A stretch of 64,000 nucleotides of DNA, from contig NC_042999.1 in assembly GCF_006345805.1 (NCBI RefSeq), forward strand, positions 34,658,001-34,722,000, read 5' to 3'. The translations under genes were made by a program, and so were the position numbers. Under the pieces are notes generated by a model. That model had not been told where the DNA came from and did no database searches. It saw only the letters and a list, made by a program, of their open reading frames with translations. The DNA is from Octopus sinensis (taxonomy: Eukaryota). Shown here one piece after another: positions 53,301-64,000 of this stretch (the first letter of the stretch is position 1; every line of letters begins with the position of its first letter).

Positions 53301-53710
53301 AAACTCCTCGAGGAATGTGAAGACGCATGCTGGAAAGCGGACCATTTTCCAATCGCAGTTGTATGTAGAGGGTTTGTTGGACACAGTGTGAGACGACTGT
53401 TGTTATCGTTAGGCCTAAATCATCGTAAAGTCAATACAACCATGACCGATATCAAAACTACAGTGGAGAAGGCTAGTCACTGGATTGGGTTAAAAAGAGA
53501 CGATGAGCGATGGCTAGAAGAATATTGAGCTTTATTTGATAACCAGTTGATCTAGAAAGCGGGGCCTCATATTAGTGAGGGGTTCCGGTGCGCATTGATG
53601 CCGTCGAGAGGTAGGCCCCGAAACGGCGCGCATTCTCACCTGATGATCCCTTACATTTGTTGGCTTCCGGTATGCGGAGTTCTTGACTGGTAGCACTTGC
53701 ATATACAAGT
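53301..53710 (+). mobile_element. HERO-like non-LTR retrotransposon 3' end (RLE C-terminus plus 3' UTR)
   Basis: 53301-53528 translates KLLEECEDACWKADHFPIAVVCRGFVGHSVRRLLLSLGL...VEKASHWIGLKRDDERW, matching the HERO-type W....PIEVGCRGF...AEKAS.W.W.KR terminus. Confidence 0.8.
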
Positions 53711-53780
53711 TGTTTGCAAGACATCTAGTCTAATCTTCTCATTTTAAACTCTCCTAAAAAAGATAAAAAAAACTGAGATA

Positions 53781-53852
<72 letters not shown>

Positions 53853-53853
<1 letters not shown>

Positions 53854-53981
53854 TTATTATATAGAAGGAGCTTCTACAGGACTAGAACTGTTTCATTCAA
53901 GAGAAATCATCAGGAAGCTCCTGATGATTTCTCTTGAATGAAACAGTTCTAGTCCTGTAGAAGCTCCTTCTATATAATAAA
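53853..53981. repeat. Perfect 63-bp-arm palindrome with hammerhead-like motif
   Basis: 53853-53915 is the reverse complement of 53919-53981; 3-nt loop AGC. Confidence 0.92.
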
Positions 53982-54074
53982 TTAATTTTACTCTGCTATG
54001 TATTGAGTACCTTATTTACTGTGGTTAACCCCGAATCAACCCGGGACCTACATATATATATATATATACATACA

Positions 54075-54119
<45 letters not shown>

Positions 54120-54845
54120 GCACACATTGACACTATAGGTTTTCTTTTTAATCTATTTTAATTCAAGAAACATTCTTTCATAGCGTGCATCAAGTACTTT
54201 ACTAGCCAATCCACTGCAGTTTGGGTCGAATATGTAGCAACATTAAATATGTTAATTTTATCGACTTCATAATTTACAGACAAAATTTGTAATTTCTTGG
54301 TATGAACTGAAATTTCATATTCATTTACTAGTCAGTGTTTGTGTGTTTGCGTGTGTGAGTGTCTGTGTGAGTGTGTGTGTGCGTATGTTTGTGCGTGTGT
54401 GTGTGTATAGGTATGCAAAGTTTTATTTGCAGTATAGAAACCTCATTTCTTTTCCTTAGAACTATATTTTCTAATCACTTTTACACTTATAAATGGTTCA
54501 GAAATAGTTGAAATTCCATCCAAGAGAAGTACAATAATAGATTCTATTGTTTAAGCAAAAGTTTTCCGCAGACTTATGATTAAATTATATTTCGTAAATA
54601 TAATAAAAATACATTTTTTGAAAATGTTTGTTTGCATATGAGAATTATAATTAAATTTACTGTCATGCTTTTTAATTCTAGTGAATAGTGTGCATTTGTG
54701 TTATTCTTCTAAAACATCATGTCTGATGCCCTATTAAACAAATCTATGAACTGAATATGATCACTGTCTTTCACGTTGACAAATATTATAAACATTTGCA
54801 TGTGTGTATGTGAGTATGCATGTACATATATGTACAGATACATAT

Positions 54846-54892
<47 letters not shown>

Positions 54893-54902
54893 ATAATATA
54901 TA

Positions 54903-54933
<31 letters not shown>

Positions 54934-55789
54934 CGTATATATATAGATGGATATATAAACATATATATATATAAACATTTAAATATATATATATATGTAT
55001 ATACATGCATGCATACATATATACATACATGCATGCACACATGCATATATGTGTATTGTGTGGGTGTATATGTATGAATATGTGCATCTATGTTATAATG
55101 TTCATTGATAGATTTGTTGCCAATGGCGAAATAACCGTATTCTAACCTACACCGAAGATTCCTTCTTTGGAATTTCAACAACATCTGAAGGATAGCTTTG
55201 GATGTATGTCTGTATAAGTGAAAGTATTTGGGTTCGGTGCCTATGCAGATATGTATGCAATGTATTACGTATGTACAGTCATACAGATACGTCTAAACAT
55301 GTATTTATGTACTCATTAGATAAACTCTTTACAAATTTTGTCAGTTCCATTAATGGCTTGTGTCTATAATCTTCTAATTAACTGTCTCCTTTCTGATTTC
55401 GAGTATACTAATTCCTCAAGATTGGTGCTGAGAGAGTTATGTTACATATCCTAGTGTACCAATAATAACTGGTATAAATTTGAACTTGAGCCGGGGTACA
55501 GAAGCTGTAATGCATGTAAGTTTTCAAAATCTGCTTGGACTGCTATTCAGAGATAATTGTTCTGGGGCTAAAAGCAACTGGCATTTCCGAATTAAAGTTA
55601 TCTAACCTTAACCGTAACGGTATTCTTACACTACTATACAGCTGCAGGCATACTAGTCAGAAGTACATAGCATCTGTGCGTAATCAGCCGCATAGACCCA
55701 GGTGGGCCCGTCTAAACATCTGCACTTATTTGTAGCCATATTCACTTCGAGGTACAGTGTTAAATGGTTTATTTTGATATATCGCGATG

Positions 55790-56060
55790 CTTCTACGTCT
55801 TCATTGTAAATTGAAGTCATTTTCTGTAGGCGAGTCGAGAACCTTCTGTAGTTCGCTCTTGATCTCGACAAAGGTGTTAAATGGTGACATATGAGCTGCA
55901 TTTTTATCTCGGAGAATAGATGGAAGTTTGCAGGTACAAATCTGTCGAATAGGGCGGATGCGGAAGGGATATCATGTTGTTTTTAAGAAGAAACTCACGA
56001 GTGAGGAGAGCTTGGTAACAGGATGCATTGTCGTTGTGAAGAATTCAATTCTTCGCACTG
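55790..56060 (-). mobile_element. mariner transposase C-terminal relic
   Basis: SAKN*ILHNDNASCYQALLTREFLLKNNMISLPHPPYSTDL matches the W.LHHDNAP.H...PHPPYSPDL motifs. Confidence 0.85.
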
Positions 56061-56430
56061 ATATTGATGATCTGCGTAGTTAAATGATTCTTTTAAGCAT
56101 AGTTTGCATTTACCTATAATGTATTATAATGTTGAGCTTCTTTTATTATGGACTGAGCCAGTGTACATTGTATATTTTATGATTTAAGATCATGTATGTG
56201 TGTGGCTAATGATCCCGAGAATTTGGAGTCTTTCTTAGTGAAAGAATTTAAGTGAGCTTGATATCGACGTCTAAAGTATATGGTACTGCCTATATACCTC
56301 TTTGCTTGGTGTTTACCTGGTGTTTCTGCACGACATTTATAAACCACATTTTTTACGCAGACAAAGGCCCCCAAGCGAGCATATATCAGATATTACAGGT
56401 TTTCCTTTTTGTTCTACTATTTACATTGGT
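56061..56430 (-). mobile_element. PLE GIY-YIG fragment, direct repeat of 58540-58915
   Basis: ORF 56177..56374 (VVYKCRAETPGKHQAKRYIGSTIYFRRRYQAHLNSF...SLATHIHDLKS); roughly 90% similar by eye to 58540-58915. Confidence 0.85.
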
Positions 56431-56742
56431 CGCTTTTGCCCAATGTTCCTCTTCAAACGCTTCAAAACGTCGAAGTAGAACTTGAATTCCCACTTGCGAA
56501 TTCATAGTCACTTTGATGCAAAGACATCTAATTTATGTTCATTACCGAACATTTATGATTCAAAGTATAGGATATCTTTCCATCAAAGAGCACTTTAATC
56601 TAATATATTTCAAGCTGTTCTTCACAGTTGTATTCACTTCGAAATACTCTAGTACAAGTCTTAATTGAATATTTCTGGATTCCTCTACATTATTTTGTAT
56701 TCTAAATGTAAATGCTCATACATACATACATACATACATACA

Positions 56743-56776
<34 letters not shown>

Positions 56777-58199
56777 AATATATACATACATATTTGGTTG
56801 TTTGGTAATGTTAATCAACTTGTTGAAAACGATAAAACGTTTATTGATGGCGGGATTTAGATTATATACCAGAGGAAAATACATTGATAATATCGACAGG
56901 AAAAAGCTATTGAAGATGGAACTTGAAAATCAAATCAACTTAGTAGTATGTGTGTTAGTGTGTGTGTGAGTGAGTGTGAGTGTATATGTATATGTATGCA
57001 TATATGTGTGTGTGCTTATCTGGGTTTGTCTTAAGTAATCGGCCTGTGGATCAGTCTAAACAACCTGCTAAAATCTAATAAGGTATTAAGTACGTTTTCT
57101 CTAGTTAGATTAAAACGAACGTGTATATATGTGTGTGTGTTAAATACCTATGCATTGATTTGTGAATTCTCGACAAAACGTAATTTAACGAATTTTTTCA
57201 AGAATTTAAATTGCCTCCGACTGCATTCTACTATATCTTTAAAAATTAACTATTGTTAATTTGGGAACCTGGAAAGAAACTTCCCACAACCACTTATGAA
57301 CGCAATGCCCAGGGATATACGCGTTATCTGTGCATATTGTCAATTAATGGACTTCATCTCAAGGGATTACGAACTTGGTTTTATGCATTGATTGTTACTT
57401 CCTACACGGTTTTTATTGTGAGGCATTTTCAGAGTGAAACCTTTTGTTTGTTCTAGGAGACATAACCTTTCTTTAGATTACTCCAGGAAAACGTGACAGC
57501 TCCGATTAACTAGCCTTTGCAAATGGATAATGATATCGCTTATTACTTGTTTGAAATGTGAATAATCATTTGTTGTTGCGATTCCATTTAAAGTGAATTG
57601 GAAATGAATCCTTTAGCTGACATGAAGAAATCTTAACCCTAATATATCAAAGTGCGATATGACTTTTTTCTTTTGCTTAAATCCAGGCAAATTCAAAGCA
57701 AATGACTTAACACCAAGTTCTATAAGCACAAGGAGGCTATATGCAATATTTACAATATATACATATATACATATGGGTATGCTTGTTTGTATGTCTGTGT
57801 GCATACATGTATATCTGTATATGTATGCATACATAGACACACACACACATACACACACACACACATATATATAAATATATATATATATATATATTGTAGA
57901 ATAAGAATCAAAGTTAGACAAACGGAGTTCACATATACATTTATTCAGCCCTAGACCCAACATGCATGGATTTCTCTAAAAGTATATTTAATAAATCAAA
58001 CATATTAAAATGATATAGATATATAAAAACATATAGAGAAATCATTACATTAAATGTATACATATAAAATATATAAATATATTGATATATACATTGAAAA
58101 TATATCGAAAAAATAAATACATATATGAGTCGACTTACAGATTATAAAACGAAATCATAAAAAGAGTTAAGAGTCTATAACATAAAATGTGAGGATTTT

Positions 58200-59270
58200 A
58201 ATAATCCAGTTAATAATCCTACGACCGTTTCTGGGGGGGGGGAGATTTTCCAGGGATATAAAAGATATTTACATTCATTATGGGACACCACCTCCTTCAT
58301 CAGAGAAAAATAAATTTCTAAATAAGCTCATATGTACTGCCTTTTTCCTAATGGGAATTACCTACTGAGTGTTTTCGTAGAGCTATATGCAAAAGACCCG
58401 GGAGTCGAAGCGTGTTTGAGCGGCTGGAGGAGGGTATGTGTGGAAGCTGGTTCTCAACTCTATCCAGAATCAAAATGCATAAATTTTGAGGAGTGAAACC
58501 TACGTTTAAGAGAGTAGATGGCGTCGGGAAATGTATTTAATATTGATGAGCTGTGTAGTTTAATGCTTCTTTTAAGCATAGTTGGCATTCGCCTATAATG
58601 TATTATAATGTTGAGCTTCTTTTATTATGGACCAAGCCAGTGTATATTGTATATTTTATGATTTAAGATCATGTGTGTGTGTGGCTAATAATCCCGAGAA
58701 TTTGGAGTTGTCTTAGTGAAAGGATTTAAGTGAGCTTGATATCAACATCTAAAGTATATGGTACTGCCTATATACCTCTTCGCTTGGTGTTTACCTGGTG
58801 TTTCTACACAACATTTATAAACCACATTTTTACGTAGGCAAATGCCCCCAAGCGGGCATATATCAGATATACAACAGTTACAGGTTTTCCTTTTTGTTAT
58901 ACTATTTATATTGGTTGCGTTGCTATTTGTTGGACTAATATGGGGTGCTGTATAAGTGTTTGAGTGTGTATTAGTCTGAAGTCAGATTTTATATATATTA
59001 ATAGAAGCTGTTATAAATCCTAAGCTTGGTGTGGTGGAGTAAGTCAATGTGACTGATGATTTGTTAAAGATAAAGTGGTATCTATGATGCTGAGGACAGT
59101 TAGATTTCAGAATTTTAAAAAATGGTTTAGGTAAAGATTTAACCTGAAGAGAAAAGGGTAGCGTGTACCATAGGATTTCCTGTTTTCTAGTTTTAGAATG
59201 TGCTCTTACATTGGATTGGTCACGAAGAGGAGATTTATAATTTCTATAAATTCTGGACGGCTTATGGTGT
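58200..59270 (-). mobile_element. Penelope-like element 3' part (linker, GIY-YIG, pLTR with degenerate hammerhead)
   Basis: RKQEILWYTLPFS...FFKILKSNCPQHHRYHFIFNKSSVTLTYS linker; GIY-YIG at 58540-58900; minus-strand CTGATGA (58297-58303) ... GAAACGGTC (58222-58231). Confidence 0.8.
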
Positions 59271-59784
59271 GATTTTATGGGTCTGTTTGCACTCCACAGA
59301 CCCGGTCGCTTTTGCTGAATGTCCTTCCTCAAACGCGTCGAACTCTCGACTGACTGTCTTGCTCGAAATGTCGATGCATAATACCACATTTTCGGGGGTA
59401 GCGCTCATGGCAGGTCTCCCAGATCGTTCATCGTCTTTGAGAGATTTTCTTCTACTTTTGAAGCGCCCGTGTCACTCGAAACATTGCGTACGATCCATTG
59501 ACTCGTCGCTGTAAGCTTACTGAAGTATTCTCAATGTCTCTGTAACATACCTCCCATTCCAAATTTAGTGCAAAAACCAAAAGTTGTTGTTTTTTTTTTT
59601 ACTGTCCATGACAAAATCGCAGACTTCAGCATACACGTTATCACAAAAATGCAAATTTCACAACGTGCGAAGTAAACACAGCGACATCGCTCAGCACACT
59701 GCCTCATGAGGGCCACTACTAGCTCTCACTGAGCACGCAACCGTGTACTGCCATCTGTCCGGGAACTTTTTGAACCACTTCGTA
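59270..59784 (-). mobile_element. mariner 5' part (TIR, HTH, internal deletion)
   Basis: Terminus TACGAAGTGGTTCAAAAAGTTCCCGGAC; DESMDRTQCFE*HGRFKSRRKSLKDDERSGRP; RLRKDIQQKRPGLW. Confidence 0.8.
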
Positions 59785-60861
59785 TTCTCGTATTGCAATC
59801 AAGTTAAACTGCAAAGATATACACAAACAAAAACGTAGATTTTAGATTTTGCTCTTTATCACATATTAAAGGAAAGGTCACAGTTAATATGGCAGTTAAT
59901 GTGTCCAGTTAATGTGTCCAGACTTAATAGGAGAAAAAAGATGATTTGGAGGAACTACAGTATTGCTCAAACACGAAAGCATTGAAAAACTTCTATAAAA
60001 TTTCGGTGATATAACCCAGGGAAAACATACTGCAAATCCTGATTTACAGAAGAGCTTTGACAAGGAGGGTTAAGACAGAAATAAAGATATTCCATGTGTC
60101 GGATCTAATAATCTCAGAAACCTCAATATATATACATTCGGCCAAATGATACCTTACAAATATTACAAATTACAAGCTTATTAAAGTTACAAAATATTGA
60201 TTTGAAATTTTAGCGCAAAACCAAATATTTTGGGGGTGAGATAAATCCAGTGCTTAAATGGTACTTAATTTATGAACCCCACTTCTTTTCATCCGGGCTG
60301 GCTCCCTCAGTCGCTAAACTGATAACAGTGGTGGTCGTAATCAAGCAGTGCTGACCAATATTACCTTTGGCTGTTACTCCAACTTTTATTCAACATACTT
60401 TTCAAACGAGAGACACTACTCTCTGTTAACTCTGTGTATATTTATGTTCTGTTCTCTCCCAGAAGGGGTGGGATTTTGCTTATAGACAATGTATGTGAAA
60501 ATACACCAAAAGGGGTTATGGATGATGGCATCGAATCGGAGGACAGATGTTTGTGTATCGTTAAGATTCATCAGTTACAGACACCGAATCCATTTTTCAA
60601 AGATTTTATTTTTTTGCAGCATATTAAGAAGGGAAAATTAAAATTAAAATTGTCTTAGTAATTATGTGTGTGTGTCTGTGTGGGTCTGTGTGCCTGAGTA
60701 AGAATGTGTGGAAATATATAGTTATAATTGTGACTTGTTCATAATTATAATCGCATTTCTTCTTTATATTTTTGATAACATGTTTGGCCTTTGGTACAAT
60801 TATAAATAATCTTAATTATTTATAATATATCGTTCGTAATGTATTTACATTACTCTCTACT

Positions 60862-60937
<76 letters not shown>

Positions 60938-61127
60938 ACTGCTCCGTTATAGAAAGGTCAATAGAAAATGAATACCACCTGATAAGAGTTGAATATTATT
61001 TATTTAATGGACAGTACATGTCTTTAAATGCTACTAATAGTTTTATATGTTGAAAAATATCTCCCACATATTCATCAGGCATAAACCACATATCACAACG
61101 AGCTATATATATGTACACAGTGTAGGA

Positions 61128-61290
61128 TCAGTCATCGCTGTGTGGTAAGAAGTGTGCTCCCCATCCACATAGTTTCGGGTTTTCTTCCACCGCATTGTAG
61201 GGCAAGTCTCTTCTATTATAGCTTCAGGAGGACTAAAGACTTGTAAATGGTTTTCGTATACGAAAACTGAAAGAAGCCTGTCCTGCGTGT
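61128..61290 (+). mobile_element. SINE family C 5' fragment
   Basis: GCTGTGTGGTAAGAAG...GGGCAAGTCTCTTCTATTATAGC...AAACTGAAAGAAGCCTGTC. Confidence 0.7.
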
Positions 61291-61299
61291 GTGTGTAAA

Positions 61300-61618
61300 T
61301 GTATTTATGTTTACTGCCATTTGACAAGATGTTGGTTCGATACATTTCATAAGTTTCTGTAACATTTTTGTCCAGTTTAACACAAAATGGTATTGCATAG
61401 AATAGCGAGTTTCCAAACTGCACCAATTGTATTCTGTACAAAACAGTGTTCAGTAAGATGTGTTAAAATGCTGGAAGAGACATTTCCTTCAATCTGGAAT
61501 TAAAAATTTGTAGTCCAGCTTATTAAATATATAGCAATGATTTACTGAAATTACAATAAACTACGATAATTATAACGGCCACTCCTTTAAAAAATTCATA
61601 TCTGGAATGCACCATGTA
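61300..61618 (-). mobile_element. mariner 5' fragment
   Basis: YAIPFCVKLDKNVTETYEM resembles the mariner N-terminus; TIR-like TACATGGTGCATTCCAGATA at 61618. Confidence 0.55.
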
Positions 61619-61722
61619 TGTATGTACGTATGCCTGTATGCATGTAAATATATATGTATATGTGTATAAATATATATATATATATATATACATAGAGAGA
61701 GAGGGGGAGGGAGGGAGAGAGA

Positions 61723-63070
61723 GACGATGATATACCCAACAGTAACCGGATGCGTTCTCTCTGAAAAAAGCTCGTGTGTAGTTCATGCTTCCGGCGCAAG
61801 AAGCCACTTGTTGCAACCCTCAGACGTCAGTATGCCGACCGGCATTGTCCAATGAAGTCCTACTGTCACGTGTGAATCTTTGTTTTGCTGTGCTTCTCCC
61901 AAGTTCGTCGATTTTTCCGATGGCTGAAACAAAGAAAAAGCGTGCTTCCATGAAATTCTATTTTCTGATGAGTAAAACTGCGACCGAAACTGTTCTTATT
62001 AAATGGGGCGAGCTGGCAGAAATGTTAGCACTCCGGGCGAAATGCGTAGCGGTATTTTGTCTGTATTTACGTTCTGAGTTCAAATACCGCCGAGGTCGAC
62101 TTTGCCTTTCATCCTTTCGGGGTCGATGAACTAAGTACTAGATACGCACTGGGATCGATGTAATCGACTTAATCCGTCTGTCTGTCCTTGTTTGTCCCCT
62201 CTGTGTTAAGCCCCTTGTGGGTAGTAAAGAAATAGGTATTTAGTCTGCCGTTACGTTCTAAGTTCAAATTCCGTCAAGGTCGACTTTGCTTTCATCTTTT
62301 CGAGGTTGATAAATTAAGTACCAGTTACACACAGGGCTCGATGTAATCGGCTTAATCCCTTTATCTGTCCTTGCTTGTCCCCTCGATGTTTAGTTCCTTG
62401 TGGGCAATAAAGAAATACGAAACTCTTCTTATACTTCTTAGCGTTTACAAGAACTCTGCTATGAGCAAACCACAAGACTACGAGTGGTTTTCACATTTTA
62501 GGAATGGTCACTTATCGCTTGAAGACCAACCTCGTTCAGGTTGTCCGTCAATCTCCCGAACGTATGAAAACATCTTGAAAATTTGTGAACTGATCTTCAA
62601 GGACTATCACCGACAATTGGCGAACTTGTTGCTCTGACTAGTGTGTCCTGGAGTTCCTCCGAACGAATTTTCAGCGAGAAATTTCGAATTAAAAGATTGC
62701 AGCAAAATTTATGCCTCGCTTTTTCACGGAAGATCAAAAGCAGTCACGACTGAACGCATGTCGTAAACTGAAATAACAGCTGGAAATTGATCCGGACTTT
62801 TTGGGGTTTTTTTTTCAGAGGCTATCACTGGTGACGAAAGCTGGTGCTATGGAATTTGTAGATATGGAAAGGGTGAAGAAAAAACGATGGAGGCGTTAAA
62901 AGGCATCACATTGCAAGAGTCCCAGCACTACGTCGAACAGTGGAAAACGTGTCTGTTCCCATGCATTGCTTCAAATGCAGAATACTTTGAAGGCGCTAAA
63001 AGCGTAAACATGTAAAAGGGAATAAAATAATATTGAGAAAATGCCGGTTTCTTTTGGGTACCATCTCGTA
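61723..63070 (+). mobile_element. Decayed mariner, internally deleted and interrupted by a SINE dimer
   Basis: Degenerate TIR pair (GACGATGATATACCCAACAGTAACCGG and CCGGTTTCTTTTGGGTACCATCTCGTA); MAETKKKRASMKFYFLMSKTATET; YEWFSHFRNGHLSLEDQPRSG; ITGDESWCYG; QWKT..CIASNAEYFEG. Confidence 0.85.
62003..62417 (+). mobile_element. SINE family A dimer with 15-bp target-site duplication
   Basis: Two bodies 184 bp apart; CGAAACTGTTCTTAT (61985-61999) and CGAAACTCTTCTTAT (62418-62432) flank it. Confidence 0.92.
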
Positions 63071-63187
63071 GATATAGATGTGCGCATATCAGTATACTTG
63101 TGTGTTTGTATGTGTGACTATATGTGTGTACGTGCGTGTGTGGGCGCGTGTGATTGTGTGTGTGCGTGTATTTGTGCGTGTATGCTT

Positions 63188-63412
63188 CGAGCTGGCAGAA
63201 ATGTTAGCACACCGGGCGAAATGCGTTGCCGTATTTCGTCTGCCGTTACGTTCCGAGTTCAAATTCCGCCGAGGTTGACTTTGCCTTTCATCCTTCCGGG
63301 GTCGATAAATTAAGTACCAGTTACGCACTGGGGTCGATGTAATCGACTTAATCCCTTTGTCTGTCCTTGTTTGTCTCCTCTGTGTTTAGCCCCTTGTGGG
63401 TAGTAAAGAAAT
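63188..63412 (+). mobile_element. SINE family A monomer
   Basis: Same head, body and tail as 2482-2707. Confidence 0.9.
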
Positions 63413-64000
63413 GTGTATGCTTGTGGGTATACCTATACGATGATTCGTAACTTTTCAACAAACCACTATACAAAAGCACTTTTAAGGGATTCCGTTTACC
63501 TCCCGCTGCGTTTGGCCGAATCTTTAAGATTAATTGTTAATGTGGTAACAGTGAAATTATTATGCAATAATCTTCATAAAACTACTCACAAGCTCAGCGC
63601 CTAAAGTCATTCGTGTTCACTGTGCATACTTTCAAGTTAATGGACTTTATCACAATGGACTTTATACAAACCTGCCTCTAATCATAAATTGTTATTTCCT
63701 CAATGACCTTTTTTTTCACCGTGAGTTATTTTACAATAAATCTTTTGTTTGTTCTAAATACATGACCTTTCACTACATTACTTTAGGGAAGTATGATAGC
63801 TTCAATACTCTAACCTTCGCATCTGGATAAGAATAATGTTTATTAGTTATCTGGAGTTTGAATCATAATTATGTTCTTTTGTTACGATTTCATTTAAGGG
63901 GATCGAAAATCAAATCTTTTATAATCATGGTAAAAATCTTCACAGTATAATGGATCAAGCTGCGATATAAATCTGAGGATCTCGTATGCACTTCTAATAT

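Noticed and set aside
60434-60658. Possible host exon (pyrimidine tract plus AG, 74-aa ORF)
   Set aside because: No recognisable domain, no convincing donor site and no partner exons; cannot be supported without RNA-seq.

Overview
AT-rich eukaryotic, transposon-dense DNA, saturated with (TA)n, (CA)n, (AG)n, (GATA)n and (TTC)n microsatellites. The repeat landscape and SINE families are consistent with a cephalopod (octopus) genome; this is inference from recall, not a search. I cannot support any host protein-coding exon, and most ORFs in the track are microsatellite translations. The only long intact coding stretch is a 5'-truncated L1/Tx1-clade LINE reverse transcriptase (about 720 aa, minus strand, 24185-26346), flanked on both sides by (GATA)n. 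Other content: a second Tx1-like 3' fragment; a full-length decayed mariner with TIRs and TA duplication, plus several mariner/pogo relics; at least five Penelope-like (PLE) RT/GIY-YIG relics; R4-like and HERO-like restriction-endonuclease LINE relics; a Helitron RepHel fragment; and three tRNA-derived SINE families. Most interesting observations: (1) a 1.97-kb unit with ~585-bp near-perfect inverted repeats enclosing only a PLE-type GIY-YIG nuclease and no RT; (2) a hammerhead-like motif in non-canonical order (GUC, then GAAAC, then CUGAUGA) in a HERO 3' UTR; (3) a SINE family whose 3' tail matches the Tx1-like LINE 3' end and which forms multimers with an identical junction at two loci; (4) a recurrent class of short fold-back repeats at microsatellite edges carrying minimal or variant hammerhead cores. 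All motif and homology calls were made by eye and need computational confirmation.
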